A stretch of DNA of 64,000 nucleotides from Guillardia theta CCMP2712 (Eukaryota > Protista > Cryptophyta), in contig NW_005434620.1 of NCBI RefSeq assembly GCF_000315625.1, positions 207,694 to 271,693 of the forward strand, read 5' to 3'. This document shows positions 21,481-34,316 of the stretch, piece after piece. Made by a program: the position numbers and the translations under genes. Under the pieces are notes generated by a model. The model made no database searches. It had not been told where the DNA came from and was given only the letters and a program-made list of their open reading frames with translations. Within the stretch, counting starts at the first letter, position 1, and each line of letters opens with the position of its first letter.

Positions 21481-22476
21481 ATGAAAATAGAGAGAGTATA
21501 TAGATTCTCCAGCCGAATCTACGTTGCAATTCTGATCCCAAGTTTCTTGGGTGTGTTTGTTAGCACGACGGAAGAACCACGTTGGGAACACGATCTGGCC
21601 TCTTTCTCCAAGCTAAGCACGAAACCTCAACCATCTCCATCCTATCTCTCGCAGAACTGCGCAAAGAGCATTACAGATAGCATGGCAACATGTTCGAGTG
21701 AGAAGGAGCAAGCCCTGGTGGTGTATAACCCCGATCCCCTGCTGGCCTCGTTGCATGAAACCGAGCACGAGTTTCGACTTGAATGGACAGGGACCGGGCG
21801 CTCTCTTCCTGACAGTGTGAAACTGCAGCAAGGAGGTAGAGGAACAGGGGCCACGACGTGGGCGGCGGGATACATCCTCGCTACTTTCATCGCGAAGTAC
21901 CACTCGAACATGGAAGAGAAGTTGCCCAGAACCTTCGTGGAGGTCGTGAAGACGAGGGGGCAGGAGTTCAAGTTCGAGGATCGGACTGTGGTAGAGCTGG
22001 GAGCTGGTCTTGGACTTGTGTCGATCGTCTTGGGGATGTTGGGAAGCAGGGTTGTGTCTACAGATGGGGATGAGACGGTCATTCCTTTCCTTGCCAAGAA
22101 TGTGCGCGCGTACAGGCAGCATATGAAACACGTTGTCAAGGTTGCCAGGCTGCACTGGGGTTCTAGCGAGGATGTACAGCTATGCATGTCCAGGCTGCCG
22201 GCAGAGGGAGTTGAAGGGGGGACAACGGTAGATATCATCATGGCGGCTGATGTTGTTTTCGGTCAAGATACGCGCGTGTGGGAAGCACTTCTTGCTACAA
22301 TGCTTAAACTATCGCATCGGGGAACTATCATATTCTTCGGCTATTCAAGTCGGTACGACTTGGACAAGAAGTTCGTAGAAAGCTTATCAGAGTATTTCCT
22401 AACTGCGGAAATCCCTTCGGAAGACTGGAGAGACACTTACGAACAGACTTCCGTACAAGTGATGATAAGAAAATAA
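21481..22476 (+). CDS. SAM-dependent protein-lysine methyltransferase, METTL21/Methyltransf_16 family
   Basis: GTGATTWAAG, VVELGAGLGL (motif I), VSTDG, LHWG, IMAADVVF (DxxY-like); start uncertain. Confidence 0.88.
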   Translation: MKIERVYRFSSRIYVAILIPSFLGVFVSTTEEPRWEHDLASFSKLSTKPQPSPSYLSQNCAKSITDSMATCSSEKEQALVVYNPDPLLASLHETEHEFRLEWTGTGRSLPDSVKLQQGGRGTGATTWAAGYILATFIAKYHSNMEEKLPRTFVEVVKTRGQEFKFEDRTVVELGAGLGLVSIVLGMLGSRVVSTDGDETVIPFLAKNVRAYRQHMKHVVKVARLHWGSSEDVQLCMSRLPAEGVEGGTTVDIIMAADVVFGQDTRVWEALLATMLKLSHRGTIIFFGYSSRYDLDKKFVESLSEYFLTAEIPSEDWRDTYEQTSVQVMIRK

Positions 22477-22603
22477 ACAGCATTGAAAGAATCCGACAAG
22501 GACAAGATCTTAACACTAGTACTAGTTCCTACGCAATTGTCTGTTTACTGTAACATTTCGAGCAAATTCAGCATGCAACAATCAAAGCCATGGGGATTCT
22601 AAT

Positions 22604-23571
22604 TTACTGCTTGATGTTGTTCTTAGCCTCGTCAACAGCTGCAACAAAAATGAATCACATCAGAAATCAAACAATCAAAAATTTGAATTGTAGATAGTTA
22701 ACAGTGGGGCAAATCGAAGGGAGAGCCAAATCAGTCGAATTCTCACCTCCCTTGATCTGCTCAACGAGCTTCTTGCTGATACCCTCCTCCGCGTCCTTCT
22801 GCTTGACGAAGTCGAAGGCCTTGAGGGCATAAGTTCCGATGAGAAGAGAAACCTGCTTGGCAGTGTCGCTGAGTCCCTTGTCTCCCTCCTCAGGCAGCTT
22901 AGCTGTAAACCAGTGACGTCAGACGACATGAAGTCAGAAGCACTTGGAATACCGCAGTACACGCCAGCTCCTCCAGCAAGAACGGCAACGAGGATAGAGA
23001 ACTTGGAGAAGATGAGACCGACAACGGCGAGGGCGATGCCAGAGGCCTTGGCCTTGTCATCCTCCGACTGCATCTTGAGGGCGGTGGCGCGAGCGGGCTT
23101 GGCGACAGCAAAGGAGCTTCTCTTCAAACCAGAGACAGCAGAGGCTCCCTGGCGGAGCATGAGAGTCTGGGAAGGGGTGTACGCGAAAGCATCGGCCTGT
23201 TTCCGAAAACGTAAGCAATGGGGCATAACAGAACTACACAAGGCGCAAGGCAAAGGCGGCATGGAAAGAATCATGAGGAACAAGAAGAAGAGAGTTATAG
23301 GCAGAGTCATAATCAAATCTCTTGATAGGTTTGAAAGAAAAAGATTGAGGACCACTCTGCATCGGAACAATCTGCTCTAACCCATTGCATCCCCTGAACA
23401 ATCCGAGAGGTTGCGGGATCACGGACACAAGGAAGGAGGCAGGGTTGGAGGATCAGGAATCAGAGGGAAGAGAAAGGGACACTGCATTATTAGGATCACG
23501 ATGTACAGCATTGAGCGACTCACGGAGGCGAGCATGGCAGCGACGAGCATCAAGCTTCTCATCATGAGCAT
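22604..23571 (-). CDS. plastid-targeted small membrane protein of unknown function (bipartite signal + transit peptide)
   Basis: Spliced MLMMRSLMLVAAMLAS|ADA-FAYTPSQ... (AxA-F motif), Ser/Ala/basic transit peptide ending LKMQ, hydrophobic hairpin, 4 exons, ends AVDEAKNNIKQ*. Confidence 0.8.
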
Positions 23572-23599
23572 TGTGGAACGGCAGACAGCGAAGCGCGGC

Positions 23600-24900
23600 A
23601 AGGGACCCCTACTACCCCCACCCCTGGTGGATCCTGTCTATACCCCATGTTTGATCTAGGACCCCTGTCTGATGACCCCCACCCACAGATTTCCATCTTC
23701 ATCTCCGAACGGCAACCCAGACCATTTAAAAATACACCCCACCCACAGTGGAAATTGACCCCCCGGCCTGCACCGGTACCTTACAACGAGTAGAGGGCCA
23801 CCCCCACCTAAATAAATACGCCACCCACCCTTTCCTCGACTACCCCCTACCATTTAGATTCTCGGTGTTGAACCAGAGCACAACTACCCACCCCTACTTT
23901 GAAAATAAGGGAGGGGCATCTGCTGAGATATGGACCGGTACCTTGAACGAGGGATCCTGGTATTCCCACCCCCTGCTTTACCTCAAAAAGTGGGTAGGGG
24001 TAGTCTCAATGCTGACTTCACCGTCATGAAAACCTCGTCGGATCAGATGCAACCACAGACTACCCCTACCCCATCTTTATATCATCAACCCCCTCCCCTA
24101 CCCAACCGGTGGTGTCCTTCACTCTACTACCCCTATTCACGACTCAAGAGATTCTAGAAAACTCAGAGGACCCCACCTCCTAAAATACCACCACGATGCT
24201 TCTCCTCTCATTCTTGACTACCCACCCTATTGTTGATCGAGGCATCCACCTCCGGACCCTGACCGATCCCTTCATAAAGCCGTAAGGCTACTAAAATCGA
24301 TGGGGTGGGTTATCCCTCTTGCCACCCCACCATGCTCTCATGATTGCCTGTTGTTGAAAGGACCCTACCCCAGACCTGCCCTCCACTCAGTGACTCGGAG
24401 TCCGGCCCGGTGACCGGCCGCACCCGTGACCTGGCACTGCCGCAGTGAGTGGTCCCAACTCAGTTACTGGCCGGGCGGGTTTCGTCGAAGTAGGCTTGCT
24501 GGTACGGTAGGCTTGGGCCAGTGCCGTCGAACTTCGGAAGTAGGCTTGGGCCCGGGCAGTGGCATCGGGCCGGCGGCCGCCCTTCCGGGGCGGCGGCGCC
24601 CGGCCGGGGCCCTTGGTTTAACGACTTGAAAGATCCGAAGATAGAGGTCCGAAGTCAAATTCGCAATTTATGTTGTACGTTTTGCTTTCTTCAGAAATCC
24701 CTTCGAGTGAACTCGGAAAGTTGACTCGATCTCCCGGCCGCGACCGCCGCCGGTATCGGAAGCCGCCGGGGCCTGTCACGGTAAGTTCACCTCAGGTAGT
24801 ACGGTACGGTCACGGGGTCACAGTGGCCGGGCCGGGCCCGCCGGGAGTCCCGTTTTATGAGTCGGCTACGGGCAATGCCGGGCATGCTCCGATTAGCTAG
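23600..24900. other. TACCCC-rich block (23600-24380) followed by CCGG/GTCAC-rich block
   Basis: Dense taccc(c) motifs then ccggcccgg, gccgggcccg; between divergent genes. Confidence 0.65.
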
Positions 24901-24966
24901 CAAGGAGGACAAGGAAAGCAGCACCTGAAGCAGCACAGAAAGCAGCAGGTCAGAGAGCAGGTAGGG

Positions 24967-25717
24967 ATGGAGGTCGGGCGGAGGGAGGTGCTGCTCTTGT
25001 ACCGGTCGCTGCTCAAGGCTGCCAAGCGCCTGACGGAAGAGAACCAGAGGAGGTTCGTGGCCGATAGAGCTAGAACTGACTTCAGGTGCGGTCACCCCAC
25101 CCCTGCCTCCTCTCCGTCCTTGGAGTGCTGCGAGTGCGGTAGAGCTGTGGCGAGAGGTGGATCTGGGAGGTGTACTTCATACTAGAGGTATCCTGGGGTG
25201 ACGCAGGGAAAGGAAGAGGGATATGATGAGGATGATATGGTGTGCCGGCGGGAGGATGTGTGATGTTCCTCATGGCATGCGGATCCCTGGAGGAGTTTGC
25301 GCTTGGATGTGTGGAGGTTTTGTCGTGATTGCACTCATACGATGATAGCGAGCAATCAGTTGAGAAGGCTTCGAGATGCAACTTGAAGCTTTTTCAAAGC
25401 TGGACCTTCTGTCTTACAAGCATGCACTGAAAGCTTCTTGCTCAGGAAACACAAGACCCTGACCGACCCTGACGAGATATTGCTCGAGTATGGGGAGCAA
25501 GGTTGAGAAAGGCAATTCTTCTCTGACGCTCTCTTTCACGCGTGCAGGTATAGAATGGGGCTGACATATCTAGACACTGTAGAGATCCGCGTGAATCACA
25601 TGGAAGTGAGTGAGACTGCTCGTGTTCTTCTCCCTCGCCCCTCCTGCCTCGTGTTCCTCCTGCTATCTGCTTTGCCTGTGCATCCCCAACCAGGGTGATG
25701 ACGAGGATACTTCATGA
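24967..25717 (+). CDS. LYR-motif (Complex1_LYR) mitochondrial protein
   Basis: EVLLLYRSLLKAAK...RARTDFR|KHKTLTDPDEILLE|YRMGLTYLD...|GDDEDTS*, 4 exons in phase. Confidence 0.85.
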
Positions 25718-26036
25718 TGTGGGACGTCCGCTGTACCGTCTCTGACCTGCTCGACCGCAGGCGGTGCTGTCGGCGTCGCCGGCGGTGATAGAAGGGGGTC
25801 ACATCCCGAGCTCAGGCCAGCATTGATGGGTCATGGGCGGGAGGACTGACGATCATCAGCGACACAAGTCGAGCTCGTGTACATGTGTAGCTGTTGAGAA
25901 TGAACCGATGACGTGATCGAGCCGGAATGTCTTCGACAACCTCGACCGCGAGGAAACAGCACGAGATTGCTGGTTGGATGCGTCATGGAGGATCTTTACT
26001 TCAACATGCTATGGTTACAGCAACCACTTGGCTGTC

Positions 26037-26609
26037 TTACAAGTGAACGTTCCAAGTCTGCGCGATGTTGGTGCCGAGCTCACCCTGCCGGCAGCATCAG
26101 AAGGATGTATGATAACAATAGAGATAAGGCGACACACAAACACAAGGACAGGTCACATCTCTTACGTTGTCGATGTCGGCGGAGTTGACGGCTTCAGCCT
26201 GCTTGTAGGAGAAACCTCCGAGGTGAAGCTTGAGGTTCTTGAGGGGATCGCGCTTGAACAACTCAGTGAACTGGACGAGAGTTAGCGAAGAGGAAATCAA
26301 TGTCTGCAATGACAAGCAAGACAAATCATCGCAAACATGATACGGTCCGGACAGGCAGAGGAGCCTATGAATACATGGAACAACAAACAAGCAAAGCTAC
26401 GGGTCACATATGCACTTGATGTTTCATTCATCTCTACTACAATTACTACTGCAATATCAGCACAGCATCAGCACACATTTCAATCGAAGCATATCGCTAC
26501 AACATTCACTTGCACACTCGCCTCCATAAGTGATATCACGAGTGTTCTTGCCATTGAAACATCTTCTTATCCTCATAACTTTCTCCTCTTGCTGAAACAT
26601 TCTCACCAT
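26037..26609 (-). CDS. 51-aa microprotein MFTELFKRDPLKNLKLHLGGFSYKQAEAVNSADIDNGELGTNIAQTWNVHL
   Basis: Exons 26609-26607 (ATG only), 26270-26166, 26084-26037; phase-0 GT-AG introns; C/G-biased third positions. Confidence 0.6.
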
Positions 26610-26614
26610 TGCAC

Positions 26615-27150
26615 AGGGGGAAAACTGATGGCTCTTCAAGTACCCACCCCCCTCAACAAGGACATCGACTACACCCCCTCCCAAACTCTGAACCCAAGTT
26701 ATACAGAACCGGAATTACCATGCGGGTGGGGTGGAGTCAAGAGGTAGGGTACTCTTTTACGAAGGGGTACTATCAGAGGGCTGAGGTCCGGTGGGAAAAG
26801 CCAAAGATTGGGGGAGGCAAGTGATAGAGAATTTAGAGGGGTGGGGGTGGTGGACATTTAAAACCAAACTACTGTTTTAAGATTTTGTGAGCGATATTTA
26901 TATTATTGGCAGATACCAAAGATTTATGATCCGCATTGTATTATTTGTTTTTGTTCTGATATATTTTTAAAATAGTAGCTATTCTAAAATTTACATCAAA
27001 GAGGCTCTTTCCAGTAATTTTTATAACACTATGATTGAACCAAACTGCTGTTACTCTCGTTTTAAAAACTAACATAATTGTTTTTTAATACAAAATTTTT
27101 CTCTTAAAACGAATATTGATAAGCATATACATTCAAAATATCTTTTTAAA
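26615..27150. other. TACCCC/GGGGTA block then AT-rich block, divergent intergenic region
   Basis: tacccaccccc then ggtaggggtac, then very AT-rich 26860-27160. Confidence 0.6.
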
Positions 27151-27195
27151 AATCGCTCTAAAACGTTTTGGCCTCGCCGCCGCCGCGTGCCCACT

Positions 27196-29053
<1,858 letters not shown>

Positions 29054-29194
29054 TCGATGCGCCTGGAGCGAGAGGCACGGAGGATGAAAGGGAAGAGAAT
29101 CTTAGCATGTGGAGGAGATAAAAGTAGAAGCACTTTCCACTTTAGCCAGGACTGCATGAGAAGTTCTTGTGTACTTAAGAGATAATTTTTCAGT

Positions 29195-31851
29195 TCACAT
29201 GGTAGATTCAGGTTCGATTCTTCTGCCGCGGTTAATTTGTCCCCACCCAATGAGACGCCAATGCCTGCCACGGCTCAAGTCAGCAACAGGGTCAAACTCC
29301 GCGTGCACCGCCTCCCCCAACATCACTTGTTCCATCCCTCATCCACTCTGACAGCATCCCCATCCTCTCCTCCTCCTCCTCACTCACTTGTCAACACGGC
29401 GAGACAAGGCGATCTTCTCGCCCACCTGCCATGCTCACGTCACATCTGGAAGCAGGTCATGTCAAGACAGACCTGCGTGCAAACCGGGACAGTCAATTCG
29501 ATCTTGGCCAAGTCAGCCTTGACGGCCCTAACGTTTCCTCCAGTTGAGGTCGATCCGACGTTCACCTACACTTTCCGTGAGCACCTCCTCCACACACTCG
29601 CTCATTTTCCCCTCCCAACCTCCAACATATTGTCACCACTATCTCCTCCTCCTCCTTTGATAGTTGCCCAGTCTCAGCATCATCGTGATAATCTGCCTCC
29701 TTTCTCCAGCGTCCCGCACTCCCTCCCTCTCCCTCCCTGCCTCCTCACCATCAAAATTTCTCCCTTAGTGAGCTTCTCAACTTTTCCAGCCTTCTTGTCT
29801 CCTTCCGTCTTCACGCCTGGTAGAGTTGTCAGCCTTCTCACGCAATCCACAGCTGCAGCCGACCGAGCAAGCGACGGAGAAGGAAGTAGTTGATCTCCAG
29901 GTCCGAGAAGATTTCAGGAAGCTTCCCCTTCTCGCCCAGAACCTGTGGACCATCTTTGAGTTCCAGCTATGTCAGCAACTTGACCTACTTGTCCGACAAG
30001 ACGGTCAGCTCGAGACAGCGTCGGGTCGATCTTCGTGCCGACGCCGATGAGGCCGCCAGGTACAGCAAATTCGAGCTCGTTGTGCTCGGCAAACAGCGAA
30101 ACGATGCGACTGAGGATAGGACGGCAGGTGACCTGACGGTTGAAACAGTGAGGAAGCAAAGACCAAGAGACGGCAGGCGAGCAAGAGAGAAGGGCAAGGA
30201 GAGGCTTCACACCTTTCCCTCCTGATCCTTCTTGACAATTCCTGGTCTGATCTCGATCTCCGCATGCTTCTTCAAGACACCACAGAGGATAGAACCTCCG
30301 GCCACTCCTCCTTTCAGGTCCTCCACCTCTTCTCTGTGAGCGATCGAGTCAAGCAGGAGAAGCCGAGAGGAGGAGGTCTGGCCTTACCCGGGCTTGTTGA
30401 CGTCAAAGGAACGAATAATGATCATGCGAGGGTCGCTCGTGAAATCGCGGCTGGGGATGGGGATGCACTTGGCCATGTACTCGGCGACCTGCGGGAGGAG
30501 AAGGTGAGAGGCAGCAGGGACGAGCAGGGGGCAACTTACAACGTCGATGTTGTAGCGAAGCTGAGCAGAGATGGGGATGATGGGAGACTTCTCGGCGACA
30601 GTGCCCTCGATGAAAGCCTTGATGTCATCGTACTGCAAGCAAGGGCTTGTCATGTCCGGGGTCGAGCCAAGTTGAGGCGAACCTGCTGGAGGGCCGCGCT
30701 CTCTTTGACAAGATCGATTTTGTTCTGAAGGATGATGATGTTCTGCAGTTTCATGATTTCCACAGCAGCAAGATGCTCTGCAGTCTGCAGGCAGGCAGTC
30801 AGGCTCGGGAATAAGCGAAGGGAAGTAAATCGCAAGGAGGATCAGGTTCAGAGAGGATCGATCGCTACCTGGGGCTGAGGACAAGATTCATTGCCAGCGA
30901 TGAGCAAGAGCGCAGCATCCATAACGGCAGCACCTGGACCCGCAAGTCAGACGACGAGGCTGTCGAGCGAGAGTTGATTGGAGGGGAGGAAGAAGAGGAG
31001 ATGGCAAGGACTTAGTGTTACCGTTAAGCATCGTAGCCATAAGAATGTCGTGCCCGGGACAATCAACGAACGAAACATGGCGAAGCAGCTCCCACTCCCC
31101 CTCAGACGCCTGTGACAACACCAAATGAGCCACTGGCAGATCCTATTCTATCTTCACTCACAGATTTGTCCAAAGATCCTGGACCAGTCTTGACTTCGTA
31201 CTTGCACTTAGTGTCACCTGGCCTACAAGAACCGAGTTACAACGGGAACACAAAGCATGTGCTGTAAGAATGGCATCATCCACTGTGCTTACTTTCCAAG
31301 GGGCAGAATCACGCGCTTCTTATCGTCAAGGAAGGAAGAAGAGCCGAACGCCCTGTAGTGGCCCTGTAAATCCTGTCAGATGGCCCTGCATGCTCAAGGG
31401 ACGACAGGAATACAGGTTTCTCGTCAGGGGGATTGATGCGCTTGTAGATCTTCGCGTTGGCATAACCCAACTTGATGGTGATGTTACGCTCGAGCTCGTT
31501 CTTGAAACGAACGGTCTGATACGTTGATGATCAGTCAAATTACTCTCGATCCTCCTCTGAGCACAGTAAATCCTCACCATCACGCCGGACAAAGCCTTGA
31601 CAACCGTTGACTTTCCGTGAGCAACGTGACCGATGGTTCCCACATTGATCGTTGCTTGACGGCTGTGACAGTGTCAAGTCAATCAATCAACTCCACAGCT
31701 TGAGCTGACCTGATGACTTCGGGGGTGAGAGGACTCAGCTCTTCTATCTTGAGCTTGCTCAAATCCTGAGGGAGAAGACCTCTGCACGCGATGAATTCAG
31801 TGCTTGCCAGGGTTATCGCAACAGAGACATCACCCAGTGATCTCCTCCTGT

Positions 31852-31883
<32 letters not shown>

Positions 31884-32776
31884 AACTTCAGGCTCCTTTT
31901 CAGCTTCTGCGCTTTCGACTTCTTTCTCCACGTCAGCCTATCAAGCGATGTCAGGGTGAGCCAAAGATGCCAGGCAAACGTGCAATAAACCAGATATCAA
32001 TCTCAAAACACAAGAACGACCGAATTTGATTCATATGCAACCCCACCTCATTCGTGGTGCTCTGTTGCCATTTCAATCTATCTAGATTCTTGATCCTGTA
32101 CCCTGAACCTAGCTTGAACGTGCGTGCTGCGCGCGGATCGTATCTCTATCATCTTTCTTTAAAGCTGATTGGGTATAGATCTTGATGCCTTACACTTGTT
32201 GGGTCGAAGGCAGCACATCTACTGTGCTCCTATCTCTCCTCCTTGCCTCAAAGAAACTGCGCTCAGCCACGTGATCCTAAGAGCATGTTCCGGTTCCATT
32301 TCAACCCTCGATATCTCCTTCTCTATTATCATCGCGAGAACTTTCAGAATCTTACTATTCATTAAACCCTTGTATCTCCTCTCAGATCTGCCAATCACTT
32401 CCTATGCGAGCAATGTTTATCCGGATCTCAGCCTCAATCTCGATGTCTCTTCGTCTCTTCACCTCCCTCCCTCACGGCATCCCTCCCTGACCTCCTTCCT
32501 TCCCACATCTGAACATGTCAGCCTCCTCAACGCATTCCGTGCCTGTTGCAGCTGTCCTTCCCCCATTCTTCCTTGTGAACTTCTGAACAAGTACCTGCAC
32601 CTCTACTTTCTGTTCCCGCTCGGAGTTCGCTGCTGCGCTCCCTGCTCGCCTCCTCCATCACATCACATCATCTGCACTCAGCCTCCATCGTAGCCTGTAC
32701 TCTCACCGCAGCTGCCTCCTCCCTCCCTCCTCCCTCCCTTCGCTCCTCTGCACTTCCCACCCATTTCACTTACCAT
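29195..32776 (-). CDS. EIF2S3: eukaryotic translation initiation factor 2 subunit gamma
   Basis: [64 protein letters not shown]; ATG-only first exon at 32776-32774 (ATG|GTAAGT) spliced to ADVEKEVE at 31937. Confidence 0.95.
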
Positions 32777-32789
32777 TGCGAACCGCACG

Positions 32790-33800
32790 AGGAACCCACG
32801 TCAACCAAACCCTCTACCCCTACCCTAATACCGATAACCCCCACCCCCAAGTGGGATGTCCTGAAGCACTACCCTGACTTATATAGGGGTATAACAATAG
32901 TAAACCACCCCTCTTTGTACCCCACCCATGTCCTTCTCTGCACCACCGTACCCATTCTTTACCTTGTAACACATTGTCCACCCCCGATATTCTAGGGAAA
33001 AACCACCCTAGTGTAACATTACCCCTACGAAACTTCAAGTACCCCTCAAATATTCATATTCTTTTCCTTATGTGCACCCGTACTTTCCCGTTGATGTGAT
33101 AACCCACCCCTGGCATTGCTACTGGACACTTTGTTACCCCATACTTCCCCATTTTTTTTGGGAATTCTCGGGGTAGGTATGAGCACCTACCTTTTACTCA
33201 ATAACAAGTGGGGTAGTCAGCCAAACAAGTGAAGTACCCACATATTGCCTGTATTTGGAAGGGGTACATTCGGGAGAATTAAATACTACCCGTACTTTTT
33301 TCAATGAAAAGGGGTGGAATTACCCCACGGGGTTGTACCGACCCCCCTGTAGGATATGTTTTTTATTTGAAGTACCCGTACTCCAGGAACGAAGAAGATC
33401 ACCCGTCTATTTGAGTGCGGATATACCCCTCCATCCAGGCTCAACAAGGCAGAGGGCTTTTCCGTACCGCTGAACCAAACTAAAATAGTACATTTAAAAA
33501 TGGACCCCACCTAGATAATAATCAATGAAATCTCTCTCATCACAAGGGGTATATCCTCTGCTCCGGAAATAGCTCACAGCTTATAAAACATTGATTGTGA
33601 GAATTGATACAAAAATAAAACTATGTTGAAGTATTCTTTGTATAACAGATAATTTAAACTTTCATGAACAATCAAAAACCAGGGTGGATTTAATAACTAC
33701 TTTTCAATAATTTTGTACCAGTCAGAGGAAGTGTGTACAGTATTTTGTAATATAATAAAAGTAGTATTGTTGTCTTGTACCGAGAGGGATCATCCCGTAC
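32790..33800. other. TACCCC/GGGGTA block then AT-rich block, divergent intergenic region
   Basis: Dense taccc/ggggta motifs 32800-33560, AT-rich 33570-33780. Confidence 0.65.
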
Positions 33801-34080
33801 TGTGCCCGATTTAGAGAATTCTCCCCTTATAGCCTCGACCCCCACCTCTCCCGTCCAACACAGCAGGTGATGCACATCTCCGATCATGAAGCTGAAATGC
33901 GAGGCTTCTTACTGCGACCCTATGCTCCCTCTCCCTTCCTGATTAAACATAACTGTCTTCTCGTCCCTCTGTTCTGTCTCCTGTTTATGTACCCTGTTGT
34001 CTGTTCTTCTTGCTCTTCATATACGATTGCGCAAATTGTCGTTGGAGGTTGAACATGTATTGACTGTTCTTGCAGCAGCA

Positions 34081-34197
34081 ATGTTTCAGTCCCTCTGGAT
34101 GTGGCGTCAGGAGTACCAGCACCATGAGCAGCTCCCCCTTGCCTTCAACGGCACCTGGCCCTCATGGAACTCTGACCTCGACAACCGCCCCTGGTAA
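34081..34197 (+). CDS. 38-aa microprotein MFQSLWMWRQEYQHHEQLPLAFNGTWPSWNSDLDNRPW
   Basis: gcagcaATG context after a putative 5'-UTR intron (GTGATG 33867 ... TTGACTGTTCTTGCAG); strongly C/G-ending codons. Confidence 0.6.
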   Translation: MFQSLWMWRQEYQHHEQLPLAFNGTWPSWNSDLDNRPW

Positions 34198-34316
34198 ACA
34201 CCGAAGGTCAAGAGGCCGTAGATGTCGACGAAAGTAGACTGAGACGGTCTGATGTGGAATATTATTTATCATCCCAATAAACTTTTTTGACTTCAAGATT
34301 GGTTTATGCTCATATT

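Noticed and set aside
32048-32071. Short ORF MATEHHE* or alternative start of eIF2-gamma
   Set aside because: Lies inside the first intron given the much better ATG|GTAAGT exon at 32776
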